DNA of 64,000 nucleotides from Saprolegnia diclina VS20. Taxonomy: Eukaryota. The DNA lies in contig NW_008246074.1 of the NCBI RefSeq assembly GCF_000281045.1, positions 896,433 to 960,432 on the forward strand, given 5' to 3'. Shown one piece after another: positions 10,858 to 23,588 of the stretch. Below the pieces are notes generated by a model. That model saw only the letters and a program-made list of their open reading frames with translations, was not told the origin of the DNA and made no database searches. The number at the start of each line of letters is the position of its first letter. Within the stretch, counting starts at the first letter, position 1. Both the position numbers and the translations under genes were made by a program.

Positions 10858-11211
10858 ATGAACGCCCCGAGCCGCAGCGACGCCTACCTCCTCCCGGACG
10901 GCGCGCAAAAGGTCACGTACGAGAAGGACACGCGCATCAACAACGCCGGTCAGTTCACCATCCTGCGCGAAGACCACACGATTGCGAACCTCGTGCGCAT
11001 GCAGCTTTTGCGCGACCCGAACGTGACGTTCGCCGGCTACATGCACCCGCACCCGCTCATCAACGACATCAAGGTGCGCATCCAGACCAACAACCAGAGC
11101 TCGCCCATCGAGGCCCTCGGCAACTGCCTCGACGACCTCTCGACCGAGTTTGAAGAGCTCGCGCAGCGCTTCCGCCGCCTCTCGACCAAGGACCAAGGTG
11201 GGTTTAGCTAG
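10858..11211 (+). CDS. RPB11: RNA polymerase II subunit RPB11
   Basis: MNAP...YEKDTR..NAGQFTILREDHTIANLVRMQLLRDPNVTFAGYMHPHPL is the RPB11 signature. Confidence 0.97.
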   Translation: MNAPSRSDAYLLPDGAQKVTYEKDTRINNAGQFTILREDHTIANLVRMQLLRDPNVTFAGYMHPHPLINDIKVRIQTNNQSSPIEALGNCLDDLSTEFEELAQRFRRLSTKDQGGFS

Positions 11212-12074
11212 ACGCGGCGACTTGCATACTTCCTTTAATCACGATGACCGCGCCTTTTGGTCCACGCCTCATGCGTCGCACCCAAGCCGTGAGCCAAACG
11301 GGTCGAGGTACATGCAGCCGAGGTTGGTGGGTCGCGTGGCGACTCTATATATCACGGTCGCGTCCGATGCAATGTGGCAAGGACCGCCTCCGCGACCGCT
11401 GGAATACAAACCGAGACGCAGGTGCAAATGATGTAGGTCAAAGCCCAAGTGTTTTACCCTGCGTGACAGCCGCATCGCGGAGGCCCTGTTCGGGACGTCG
11501 ACAAAGGTGTGGGATTGCAGGGCGTCATTAGCGATCGCAAGCGTTATGCGCCGCTTGGAGCATAATCGATTCTACGACGCTCTGGCCAAGTGAGCTGCTG
11601 ATAGCAAGATTCGGCGGCCTTCGTATGCACGCGTCGGGGGACCGCTCGTCGTCCCAGGCCAACTTACGTCAACGAGGCCCAGTGCGGTTGCCGACAGACC
11701 GCGCGGTGCATACTCTTGTAAACGAACTACCGTTGCAAAGCGCGGTGAGAGACCATCCAACGTGCGCGACAGCATCATGGAGTTGGTCGCCGGTCGCGCG
11801 TAGCTGGCATGTGTCGACGACAGGCGCGGTACCATGGTGCACGAGCTCGTCGACGACGTAGCTCCCAATGAAGCCAAGGACGCATGTGCCAAGCTCAGCC
11901 AGTGCTAACGACGGCTATAGCGATGCGCCATTCCGGTACAAGCAGGACCAGCGTGGTCGCTCAAAAGCGGTGCCGTTGACGTTGCGATCTTCCGACGTCC
12001 GGTTGCACGGCCCATTTATGCGATGCCATTGGCTCGTGCGCCCAAGAATCCGGATAATAGCGTTCATATTGGTC

Positions 12075-14427
12075 TTAGCTGATGAGCTGCGCGCGCTGGT
12101 CGTTGATGATGGCTTCGCATTTCGTCAAGCGGACCTGCGCCAAGTGCAGCTCGTCCCGCAGCGCGTCAATCGTCTCGTCCTTCTTGGCGACCGTCGCGCG
12201 GACGCGCGTGTGTAGTTTCTCCAAAAGGTCGTCCTACAAAGCAGTCGCTTGCACCAGCGCAACCATCGGCATTGTACGTGGTTGGACTTGAGCTCCTGCA
12301 GCTGACGACCATACTTGACCTCGACCTACACATCATCTTTGAACAGTTTCCCTAACGACGACGCTCGCACCGCGTCGAGCTTGGCATGGAGATCGTCCAC
12401 GACAGCGGAGAGGCGCTGGCGCTCGGCCTCGGCCGCGTCGCGGGCTTGGCCGAGCTGGTGGGCACGGTGGGCCTCGTCTTGGCTGAATCGACCGCGTTCC
12501 TGCAATACCGGATACGCCATTGCGCTCCTGTGTTGAAGTCTACCTCGTCGAGGAGGTGCTGGAGGCGTGCAATGCGTTCGTGCGCGGTCTGCAGCCCTGT
12601 CGCTTGCTCGTGGTACTTGGTCTTGAGATTCTCGCGGTCGCTCTCGAGCTTGGCGCACTTGTCAAAGAGATCGCGGTTCTTGTCCATCCACGCCACCTCC
12701 ATGTCGGTGGCCGCGCGCAGTTTCTTTTGATATTCCTAGCATTTTGTGGTGAGAAGCATTTGGACAAGTTGTCCAAACTTTGGTCTCGGCCTCAAAGTGA
12801 AGCGTTAGACGCTTCTCGGCCGCCTCGACCTTGCGCTGCGTCTCGGCCTGGAGCTTGTCAAGGATGAGCTCGATCTTGGCATCCCGGGCCGCGATCATGT
12901 CTTGCTCCAGCCGCCGCTTCTCCAGTTCAAACTCGCTGCGGAGCGTGGCATGCATGCTTTTCGTCATAGCGTCCAAGTCGACTTGATACTTGTCGCGCAA
13001 ATTGGCCGCGTCAACGTCGTAGCGCTTGGCCATCTACCGACGATTATCGCATCCAACAACGACACGCGATACACACCTCGTCCTTGTCTCTTTGAAGCTG
13101 CTGGACGTCGTACTCGATGCGTTGCCGCTCCATCGCGCGCGTCTCGTCGAGCTCCTTGGCGTGCATCAGCTTGAGCTGCCGCACCTCGGCGACCATCTCG
13201 TCGCGGGCCTTCTCGGCTTCCTCTTGCAGTCGTCGGCGCTGGGCGCTGAGTTGTTGCTGGAGCTCTGCGTCGGCCGCGTCCAGGCGAAACATGAGCTTGC
13301 TGCGCTCCTTCTCGCGCGCTTCAATGAGCTTCTTATCGTTTGCGTCGCGCTCCCGCCGCATGTACTCGTCCTTCTCCTTTTCAAATTGGAGCAGGAGCTT
13401 CCGCTTCTCTTCCTACCCCCGCGATCGTCATTGTATGAAGCGACGAGGCACGTACGGCGGCCGCATCCTGAGCCTTTTGAATTGTCTCTTTGCATTTGGT
13501 CATGATGGCTTGCACGTCGGGCTCCAACGCCTTGATGGTCGATTTCTTGATCTCGTCCGTCTTCTTTGCCATCTACCACGCGCATGGCCATGTCAGTATG
13601 ACGATGCAACGCGGTAAGACACAGGTACCCATTGGTCACGCCGCGTCTTCTCCGTCGCGGCCCAGCGCTCTTTGGCATCCTTCATTTGCCGCTCAAAGCC
13701 AGCGGTCTCGGAAGCGAGCCGCGTCTCCAGCTTGCGTAGCTCGGTTGTGAGCGCTTCGCACTTGGCCGCCAAGTCACTCTACACCGCCGCATGTTTATAG
13801 ATCGGATAGCGTCGATGTACCTTGTCCGTGACAAGCGTTTGTTCAAAGTCCAAGTGCTTCTCAATGTCTGTCTCGGCTTGCAGCTGCTGCTCTTTTAGTA
13901 GCGCCTACGTGCAAAATGCCACGTCATATTTTTGGCCAAGCAATATGGACCTTGAACTTGGCTTCGGCTGCGTCGAGCATGTCAGTGTGCTTGGCCTTGT
14001 CCTTGCGACGCGCTGCTTGGAGCAAGGCGATTGTCTGAGTTTTGTCCTACACCGCCATGCAAATCGCTCCACGAACGAAGAGATGGTCGTCGCGCACCTG
14101 GAGCTCCATGTTGAGCGTCACGAGCTTCTCCTTGATGTCATTATAGTAGACGTTCGAGTCCGTCGACGACCGGCCCGACGACGAGAGCGGCGGCATCCGG
14201 TTGCTGCTGCTCAGCAGTGGACTCGACGGTGTGCGCTGCAGTTGCTGCACCGACTTCATTTCGACTTCGTCGAGAAAATCATAGATGGTGTGCTTGCTCC
14301 CGCGCTTTTCGTCGCTGCTCAAGGGTGCCGTCGAGTAGTGGGGCGGTGGCGTCATTGCCGGGTCGTCGAGTAGCAGCTCGTCCAACGCCGACTCGTCGTG
14401 GTTGTTGCTGCTCCTGTCGTCGTCCAT
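12075..14427 (-). CDS. CEP131: Centrosomal protein CEP131/AZI1 homologue, multi-exon coiled coil
   Basis: Segments EKHLDFEQTLVTDK..LAAKCEALTTEL, KKTDEIKKSTIKALEPDVQAIM, RDAKIELILDKLQAE and the C-terminal LEKLHTRVRATVAKKDETIDALR match recalled conserved CEP131 blocks. Confidence 0.78.
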
Positions 14428-14504
14428 GCCGCTGTCGTTCCATATAAAACGGTCGAGTACACAAAACGTCGTATTTTTGCAATCAACTCAATACATTGAT
14501 ACTG

Positions 14505-16293
14505 TTACGCAAGTGCAAAGTCGGCCACAAGCGAGAGGTGGTCGCTCGACACGTGCCTGCACCCGAATGAGCCCACGAGGTACACGTCCTACTACGAACG
14601 TACTGGGTCGGGAGGCCGCGGATGCGCTTGAAGAAGGCGGCTTCGTCCGGCATCGCGACGACGCCCGTACATTGGAGCGTCGGCGCCGAAAACCAAATGT
14701 AGTCGACCGTGCCCTACAGATGCCATCGACTAAGGACAGGCAGTGAACATCCTAGGCGCCTACAAAAAAGCGGTTGTGGTAGGTCGTCACAAGCGGCTCG
14801 CCCGTCGTCGCCTCGGTCGGGTGTTGCGCGTACGCGCTCTTGAGCGCAAACTACGCCACCGAGTTAGGCCGACGCAGCGCCCATTTTACATACTGGGTGG
14901 GACACGGTGCCGCCAATGGCCTTGTTGAATTTCGAAGGCGGCGACCGCTTACTGGGGCCGCGCTGCGCTGGGTCAAAGCGTCCAGCGGCCGTGCCGGCGC
15001 CGTGATGCCGCAATTCGGCTTCGGTCTCGACGTGGCGCCGCTCGTGAAAGAACGAGCCCTAGCGTTTGGCGTCAACGACCAGAGAGCAAATATGGTGTGT
15101 ATCTCGTACGCTGGGCGAAACTTGGCACGAGAGGTCGGGTGGCTGGAGACGGTCGCAGTCGAGTACGCCGGTCGCAAAGAGCGCGTAGAGCGGACTGCAC
15201 GGCGTAAAGTTAAAGTCGCCGCAGAGCAAGAGACGGTCCGACGCATGGGACGCTTGGAGCGCCGCCAGCTTCTCAAAGAGCAGTTGGCACTGCGCGAGCT
15301 TGACGTCGCCGCGCTAAGAGCGAGAAGTCAAGCTATTTGTACGCTGAATCGAGAGCGTACCCGCGGGTTGAAGAGAATATGCGTCGTTGCGACCACCATT
15401 TTCGCGCCGTCCGACACGGACTGTAGCACAAGCGCCAGCGCGACGTTGTCACGGTCGAGCACGTCGTGCCCCGGCACCTTGTACTCGATGCCAACCGTCT
15501 CGAGCATCTCAAACGTCGACGTTTTGACAAAGATGGCGCAGCCGTCCAGCGTCGTCTCGCCCGTCCTACGTGTGCGCGTCATACGATGCGTGCGTTGACA
15601 TACTGCGACGGTACCGCTGCTGGGCCCGCCCAACGTAGCCGTGCTAGAGAGAGATGTGGCACGTGCGCGATTCTACGGGCAATGTACCTGTGCGAGTTCA
15701 GGCTCAAAGTAGTCGACAAAATGATCGACTTCTTGGAGACAAATAATGTCGGCGCGCCACGATAGAATCTCGCGCAAGAGCCGCGTCCGGCGAAAGGCCC
15801 AGCTACGCAGAGCGATGGAAGCGATTGGCCATGGCGAATGCAGTAATGTACCTAAACTTGTAGGCGTCGTACGGGCGCGCGTGCTGCTGACTCTCGGCCG
15901 CGAGGTAGTCTACGCACAGCATGCGGCGCGTTGACGTGCAAGGCCAGACCTACCTGCGAGCACGTTGAAGCAAACGACGCGAAACCCGCCGGTCGCGGGC
16001 GGATCGCTATACACGCTGTACGGACGCGGGTACATGGGGATCGGCGAGAGCACGTCGACGGTCGTCGGATGGCGAGGCGCATTGCCACGCCCACCGCGCC
16101 CACCACGACCACCTCGACCGCCGCCACCCGAGCGACCGCCATGGCCACGTCGGCCGCCACTGCGCTCGGCACTGCGAGGACGCTCCGCTGCTTGGCTGTC
16201 ACGGCGCGAGCGTGAGCGGGACCGATTGCGCGTCGGCGGCGCGCTGCGGCGCGGGGCTGCTGGCGGGCCCATGTCGCCGGTGTCCGGTTGCAT
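14505..16293 (-). CDS. Angel-like EEP (CCR4/nocturin family) phosphoesterase with RS/RGG N-terminus, multi-exon
   Basis: FRVVCFNVLA, DGCAIF, DRDNVAL, VATTHILFNPR..GDVKLAQ, TVDYIWF and SSDHLSLVADF are Angel-subfamily motifs. Confidence 0.88.
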
Positions 16294-16676
16294 TGCAAAA
16301 TATACGGCCAATCATTGGCCAGCATCTGACCAACCTTGAAGTTGCACAGCGATCAGGTCGAGCGCCAACACAGGCGAGGGCTCTGGACCAGCATGCGCCT
16401 TGACAGCCATGCTAGGCAGTACGATGCACAGCGTAGGCGAATGCTATTGCCAGACCCGCCTTGGCACCTTGCTCGGTCGCCCAACGACAGTCGCTTTGGC
16501 CTCAGGGTGCCGACACGACCTCTGCAGCACCGTCCTCGGCTGGTGCCCCAAACGACCGTCTCCTTGGTACCTCGAACGACCGCCATATCGACGGACGTGT
16601 ATCTTCCCATCATGCCACTCAATCCATCTTGTGCGCCACCTAAAAATACAGGCCAGACGCGGAAACGGCCGTCGCC

Positions 16677-19600
16677 ATGAAGCGGCCTCGGCTAACCACG
16701 GGCGTGCTCTGCCTTGTCGTCACCGCCTTACCAATCGATGCTTGTACGTGCCACGTACCGTCTTTCACGTGTGCATCTTCATGGTGTAGCCAACTGGGCT
16801 GAAATCAGCGGCACCAAGCAGACCAACGCGGCGATCGAGTCGGGCACGCCGTGGACGCGGCGCTGGGGACACGCGGCCATTTCACAGCTCTTCTCAGCGG
16901 CCGAGACCGCAGCGGGGAAGCTTAGTCGCATCTATATCCTCGGCGGCGACGACCGCATGCAGCTGGCGACGATGGGCAAGGACTTTCGCGCCTATCCGGG
17001 CGGAGGTTCATTCCGGAACGACGTGTGGGCGACGACCGGCATTGGTACCTTCTTCGCTTAGCATACCAAGCCTTCATGCGCCTCCTAGTCTGGAACACGT
17101 CGATCAACATCCTGACGTTCAACCAGTGGGGCGAGCCCGCGCCGCAGATCGTAGCCGAGCTCACATGGAGCCAAACGAACGCGGGGAAGCTGCCGCCCCC
17201 GGGCATTCTGTACAGCGACTGGATTGCGTGCTTGAGTGCGCCATGGAACCCGTACCCGCCGAGCGGCTGCGACGACCCGACCAAAGCGCCCGGCGAGTAC
17301 ATTGCCGACGCCATGTTCTCGCCCCGGCGCAACTTTGCCGCGCTCGCCTTCAACAACCATTTGTATGTCTTTGGCGGCCGCGCCCGGGAGCTACTGCCCG
17401 TGCCGATCGCCGACACAATCGGTATGGCGCCGCGTCCCGCGCGCTGGATGGAGTATGCGATTCTCAAAAACGACGTCTGGAAGAGCCAGGACGCAGGTGC
17501 GGCAGCTTCCACGCAAACAACGACTATGGTACCGTAGGCGTCTCGTGGTCGCTCGCAACGATTGGGTGCGCGATGCCCACAGCGCTCGAGACGTACAAGG
17601 CGGGCGGGCAGCCGTACCAGTGCACGACCCAGAAAGATTGCTTTGGCGACAGCAAGTGCAACTTCGACCCGATCACGCTCACCGGCACCTGCGTCTGCAA
17701 CATGTGGTCGCCGCGCGAGTACCATACGGTGGTGTCGTATTTTGGCACGTTGTACCTCGCGGGCGGCTACACGTCGGTGCAACGGAACCTCTGTGGGCCC
17801 GAGATCGCCAAGCGGCCGTTGGGCAACGAGTATGCGTGCGGCGGCAACTACCGCAAATTTATGAACGACGTGTGGATGTCGCCGGACGGCCAGCGCTGGG
17901 TGCAGTTGACGCCGAGCGCGGCGTGGACCGGCCGCGGCGAACACGCAATGGTCGGGTGGGAAGGCCATCTCTGGATCTTTGGCGGCCGCGACCGCGACGT
18001 ACGTAGCTCGACCCACCAAGGCTTGCGCAACGACGTGTGGCGCAGCGTCGATGGCATCGAGTGGGTCCTCGATGCGCTCCACGCCGAGTGGTCGCCCCGC
18101 GCGAAAATGAGTGTCGTCCCGGTGACGCAGCCGAACGAGAGCTACCTCATTGCCATGTTTGGTGAAAACGACGATGTGTTCCTCGGGGATGTTTGGACAC
18201 GCGCCTCGAACGCGTCGCGCTGGTCGCTCGACTTTGGACCGAGCACGACGCAGCGGGTCTATGTGACGCCGCAAAGCTCGGTTGCCTTGCTCCAAGGCAT
18301 GGCCCCCACCGATGTCTCGACGCTGGAAGCCGCCAACATTCGGGTCATCGCCGACCTCACCGGCCTCGCACCAGACACAGTGATCGACCTGCGCACCATG
18401 CACAACGTGCCGATTTGCGATTACATTGCAGTCGCCAAGCTCGTCGTCCAGCAGTGCAAGTAAGCAGCTAACACCTCGCGTTCACCTTGCAACCGTGAGT
18501 GTAGCATTGCGCCCGTGGGGTACGACGGCGCCGAGTGGACCAACGTGAGCGTGCTCCAAGGCGCGAACGCGGTTGCCAATGCCGCCGCCACCGCGGCCGC
18601 GGCCGCCGCCGCTGCCAACAGCGTGTGGGACGGCTGCGCGCACCAAGGCACGCCCGTCTTTGACTGGATCACGGGGCTGTACAAGTGGCCCGATGTGGGC
18701 AGCGTGCCGCAAGTACGGCGCCTCTTGTCGTCTTGTGCCACAGGATACGATGGGCGTAGGTGGACACGAAGGACCCGTTCCCGAACGTCCAAGCGTCCGT
18801 GTGCCGGTGGACACCGACACCGCGCTCGTCGCACGCGTCGACCGTGCACAATGGCACTGTCTACGTCTTTGGCGGCAAGGTCGACAACCAGCTCTTTGAG
18901 AACGATGCGTGGTACCGAGGTACACACGTTGATCCCGCACAATATGTCATTTGCGCGTCAGATCCGACGCTACCGACGTCCTATTTTACGCTCACGCCCG
19001 AGTCGTCGACGTCGCAGACGATCTTTCAGTTTACCAGTGCAAAACCCGGCACGATCTTCCAGTACCACGTGATTGACCTCGTCGAGATGCTCGTGGTACG
19101 ACACTGCATGCTCCTGCTCGTGGCGACGTCGCTGCGGCGTGTAGGTGCGGAATTGGACCGACTGCCTCGGCGAAATCAACTTTGTCTCGTGGCTCGACGG
19201 CGGGTACCACCGCATTCGGCTCCGCGCGATCGACGCGGCCGGCAATGTCGAGTCGACCTTTGACGCCGGCCGGAACCTCTACGACTGGACGTACGTGCCG
19301 GCGCTGCCGTGGAACCTCATCATTGGCATGATTGCGCTCTGCGTCGTGCTGCTCGCCGGCCTCTTCCTCGAGTGGCGACGCCGGCGCAAGCAGGCGGCCA
19401 TGGAGCGCTACGCGATGAAGCGCATGCGGCGCAAGATGCGCGGCAACAAGAAGGGCGGCAACAAGGACGTCAACTGGCGCGCCACGTATGACGAATCCAA
19501 GGACGGCCAAAACAAGAAAAAAAAAAAAAAGCCAAAAAAATCCGACAAAAAAGGCGCCAAGCCGGACGAGAAGAAAGCCAGTGCTAAGAAGAGCAAGAAA

Positions 19601-19813
19601 TCGGACACCGGCAAGAAAAAGACCAAGGCGGACGTCGGCAAGGAGAACCCCACTACGGCATCGAGCTCGCCAAAGTCGCCCCCAAAACCCAAGAAGAAGG
19701 ACAAGAAGGACAAAACCGACAAGGTGGCGCCTGTCGCCAAGAAGAAACCAAAGGCGGACAGCCAAAAAAAGAAGGCGGAGAAAGCCGCCAAGAAAAAAGA
19801 AAAAACCACGTAG
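16677..19813 (+). CDS. Type I membrane protein: signal peptide, Kelch repeats, Cys-rich module, HhH-like motif, Ig-like domain, TM helix, Lys-rich tail; multi-exon
   Basis: Starts MKRPRLTTGVLCLVVTALPIDA, then an intron. About six Kelch-type blades (PR..H.....lyv.GG...NDVW.S.DG..W), LDGGYHRIRLRAIDAAGNVE, TM segment WNLIIGMIALCVVLLAGLFLEW, and a KKKK-rich C-terminus. Confidence 0.8.
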
Positions 19814-20595
19814 CGTAGCCGACATACAAACATCAAGTGTGTAATCTAGAAGCCGTTTGCAAGCCCTAGCCCGCGGCGCCACGTCAGACGCGTTCGATAT
19901 TTTTTAAATCAAAAGATCGTCTTGGTGTTTGTATGAAAATGCAAAAAAACACGCACCGCGCGAAAAAACAGCCAACCGTCGAACCGGCGCGAAGTCGGTC
20001 CGATTCGAGAACCAGCCAATTTCAGCCAATCGCAACGCGTAGGACCCCTGCACCCGCAACGTGATTGGCTGTTGCCCAGAATGCAGGTAGGGCTCGGGGT
20101 CGACTCTCTTGAAGTTTGTATACTGCCGGCAACGGACCGGCCGCCGAATCACAGGCGACTGCAATCGCCAACTCGGCCGCGTTGCAGGCGCGGGGACCGG
20201 CGCGCGTCCGCGATCGATGGCTTCGACGACCCCCCCTACGCGCTGCGAGGGTCCTGGCCATGGCGCCAAGACATGGAATCGTAGCCCGTCGTCGCCGCTA
20301 CCTGCATGTCCCCACGACCATGAAGCGTGCGTCGTGCTCGTCGCGTCCGGAGCGTGTGTGCGCAGGCGGCGCGACGGGCGGCGACCGCCCATACTGTGGC
20401 CGAGTCATGACCGGGTGGGCGCCAATCGTTGCGCTTTCGTGTAGGGGCGGGGGTGGACCCCCTAGGGTTTGGGGTCGGAAAGCAGCGTCTTTGTAGTGTT
20501 TTTTCTATGGGTCCGGGGGGAGGCCCGTGTTGTATTCAAAATGGGAGGTCCGCCCGCGACGTTTTGGGTTTTCGGGGTGGTTTTGTCGGGAACGT

Positions 20596-20610
20596 TCATT
20601 TTCGTATTTG
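20596..20610 (+). promoter_or_regulatory. INR+FPR-like core promoter
   Basis: TCATTTTCGTATTTG lies about 24 nt upstream of the ATG at 20634. Confidence 0.55.
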
Positions 20611-20633
20611 TTTGTTCCATGTATTAGGCCGCC

Positions 20634-23534
20634 ATGGACGACGACCGACGCATGAGCTTGCCGACGGCCGACGCAGGCCCCGGCGAGACGATGAACACAA
20701 CGAGCATGGCGACGACGACAACCATGGAGGACGACCGGCCTGGAAGCATCCCGCTCACGTCGAGCACGATGGCGCTGTCCCGGCAGCTGCTGCCGACCGA
20801 GGTGTGCACGCTTTGCCCCGTCCTCATTGGCACGTACACGGTCGACGAGAACGGCACCGCGCTCTGGACGGGCCGCTGGGCGATGCTCGAGGCCGAGTAT
20901 GCGAATGGCATCACGTCGCTCTTTGAGATGAAGTCGAAGAAGGGCCATGGTGCGACCTTGGACGGCCACGGCGACAACGTGACGGACGAAGACGAGAACC
21001 GCGCTTCGCCGTCGCCGGCCGACGATGCGCCGCCGAAAGATACGGTCGTCATGGAGCGGTCGTTCGATGGTTTCTTCCAGATCCAGACGTTGAAGGGCAA
21101 GCCCAACACGGTGCCCGAGAAGGACGTCGTGCTCTCGTTTTACAAGTGCGACGTCGACCACGCGTACCTCGTGCGCGGCAACGGCGAGAACCGGTTCGGC
21201 GCCTTTACGCTGCAAGGGGTGCTCGATGACGCGACCAAGGTCATGCGCCTCTACAAGGCCTACAAGCCGAAAGACAAGACGCCGGTCGCCAAGCGCACGC
21301 GCCCCAAGCCCGCGCCCGCGTCCGCCACGAAGGCACCGGCGTTGAAAAAGCAGAAGAAGGCGCTACCCGGCTCGACGCCCATGTCCGAGTACAACTCGTC
21401 GGCGCCCGGCACGCCGGACGTTGAAGTCACGCACGTCATTGTGCCCCACACGAAGCTCTCGTCGGTCATTTCGATCTCGTCGGGCAACTCGTCGCCTCTC
21501 ATCTCGTCACGGAATCGGTCGGAGCGCAAGCGCGTGATCCCCGCCCACTTGCGCGAAGATGCCGGCGTCGACCGCGACCGCGCGCCAATCATGCGCAAGT
21601 GCCTCGGGACGCTGAAGACGCTCATGGGCAACCCGAAGGCGCTGCCCTTTCTCGTGCCTGTTGACCCCGTCGCGCTCGGGATCCCCGACTACTTCAACGT
21701 GATCAAAGACCCGATGGACCTTGGCACGATCCGGTCCAACTTTGAGTACGGCGTGTACGCCGAGCCCGAGTACTTTGCGAGCCACGTCCGGCTCGTCTTT
21801 ACGAACGCGATGCTGTACAACGCGCCGCACACGCAGGTGTACGTCTTTGCGCACAAGCTGCTCGACGACTTTGAAAAAAAGTACAAGAGCCTCCTCAAGA
21901 ACGAGTCGGCGGCCGCCAAGTCGCGCAAGCACGGCAACACGTCGGACGGCGAGGGCTCGGTCGACAGCAACCGCGCGAAAAAGTCCAAGCGCGCGTCGCT
22001 CACCAAGAACCAAGAGATCCAGTCGCTCAAGCAAGAGATTGAGAAGATGAAGGTGATTGTGCAAGAGATGGCGTCGGGCAAGGGTACGCCGCCGCTCGGC
22101 ACGCCGATTGGTGGCAACCCGATCAAGTCGACGAAACCTCGGTGCGTAGTCTCTTGCTAGCAGCAATGGTGGCTCATGGCACCTGCTCGTAGACCGTTCA
22201 AGATGCAAGACATGACGGAAGAGTACCTCTCGCGACCCATGACGGCGACCGAGAAGCACAAGCTCACGGCCGACCTCAAGGAGCTCCCGGAAGACAAGCT
22301 CTCGCGCGTGCTGCAGATCATCTCGGAGACGGTGCCGCTGCATACGATCACGCAGGGCGACGACGAGGTCGAGCTCGACATCAACATGTTTGACACGCGC
22401 TGCCTCCGCATGATTGAAGGCTACGTCCGGGTACGCGCATCACCCGCTGAGCATCGTGTGCTCATGGCGTTCGATGCGTAGGAGCAAAACATTGCCAAGA
22501 AGCGCAAGCGCCCTGCCAAGCGACCCAGCGTCAAGGGTGCCTCGGAGAGCCGCCTGCAGTACGCCAAGGAAGTCGCCGAGTCGGTCAAGTCGCGCCACGA
22601 GCAACTCAAGAGCCAGCTCGCTGCCATTGAGGGCGAGACGTATGTGCCGCCGCAAGAAGTTGTTGCGGCCGCCGCGCCGGTGCCGGTCCCGACGATTGAA
22701 CACAGCTCGTCGGGCAGCTCGTCGGACAGCTCGAGCTCGTCGGGTACGTCATCCTTGCGATCCAGTGCAACGAAGCTCATGGGCTGATGTAGACGACGAT
22801 TCGGACAGCAGCGACTCGGACACGGAGCGGCCTTTGCAAAAGGTCTCTAGCTACCACTTCTAGATGCGCGTGGGCCTCCTGGATGATTCATCTGTTGTGT
22901 GGTTAGTCGCCTCCACTTGTAAGTGCCTCTGCTCTGACCTCCTCTGCGGAGATTGGCAGCGCCGTGGGTAAGCATGGCACTCATATGTGTGGTAGGTTAA
23001 TCTGTGTGTGCAGTGGAGGGCGATACCGAGCCATTGAAGGTCGAGAACCACTGCGCGTGGACCAAGCTGGCCTCGATGGACGCGGCGGGGCCGATGCCGA
23101 TCCAGTCGAACGAGCACGCGTCGAGCTCGCTCTGGCTCAAGGCCCAAGCCGAAGAACAACAGAAGCTCCAGAAGGAACAGCGCAAGGACTCGCAGTCGTT
23201 TGCCGACGACATGGCGCAACAGGTAGACGACCGCTGTACATGCTGCGATGGCTCATACCATGGTCTCTAGAAACAAAAGGAGATGGAAGCACGCATGAGA
23301 GAGATGGAACGGGAACGGGAAGAAGCAGAGCGGAAGAAGGCCGACGAAGCGGCGGCCGAGATTGCAGCGCGGGAAGCGCGGCTGCGGGAGCAAGAGAAGG
23401 CGCTGGCGAGCCAGCGGGCACAGGAGAGGGAGAAGCTGAAGCGGGACATTGTGGTCGATCTCGCACCGGACACGCAATTCCGCGAAGACGTGGAGCTGTT
23501 TGGGACGGCCTCCTTCTTTCGACCTAGTAGTTAG
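20634..23534 (+). CDS. BET/GTE-type bromodomain + ET domain protein, multi-exon
   Basis: Bromodomain PFLVPVDPVALGIPDYFNVIKDPMDLGTI...NAMLYN, ET domain MTATEKHKLTADLKELPEDKLSRVLQII...EVELDI, Ser-rich stretch, and charged C-terminal coiled coil. Confidence 0.92.
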
Positions 23535-23588
23535 AGCACCACCATTATTTAACACCCTCGACCACCACCACAAGTTGTCTATTACGCT

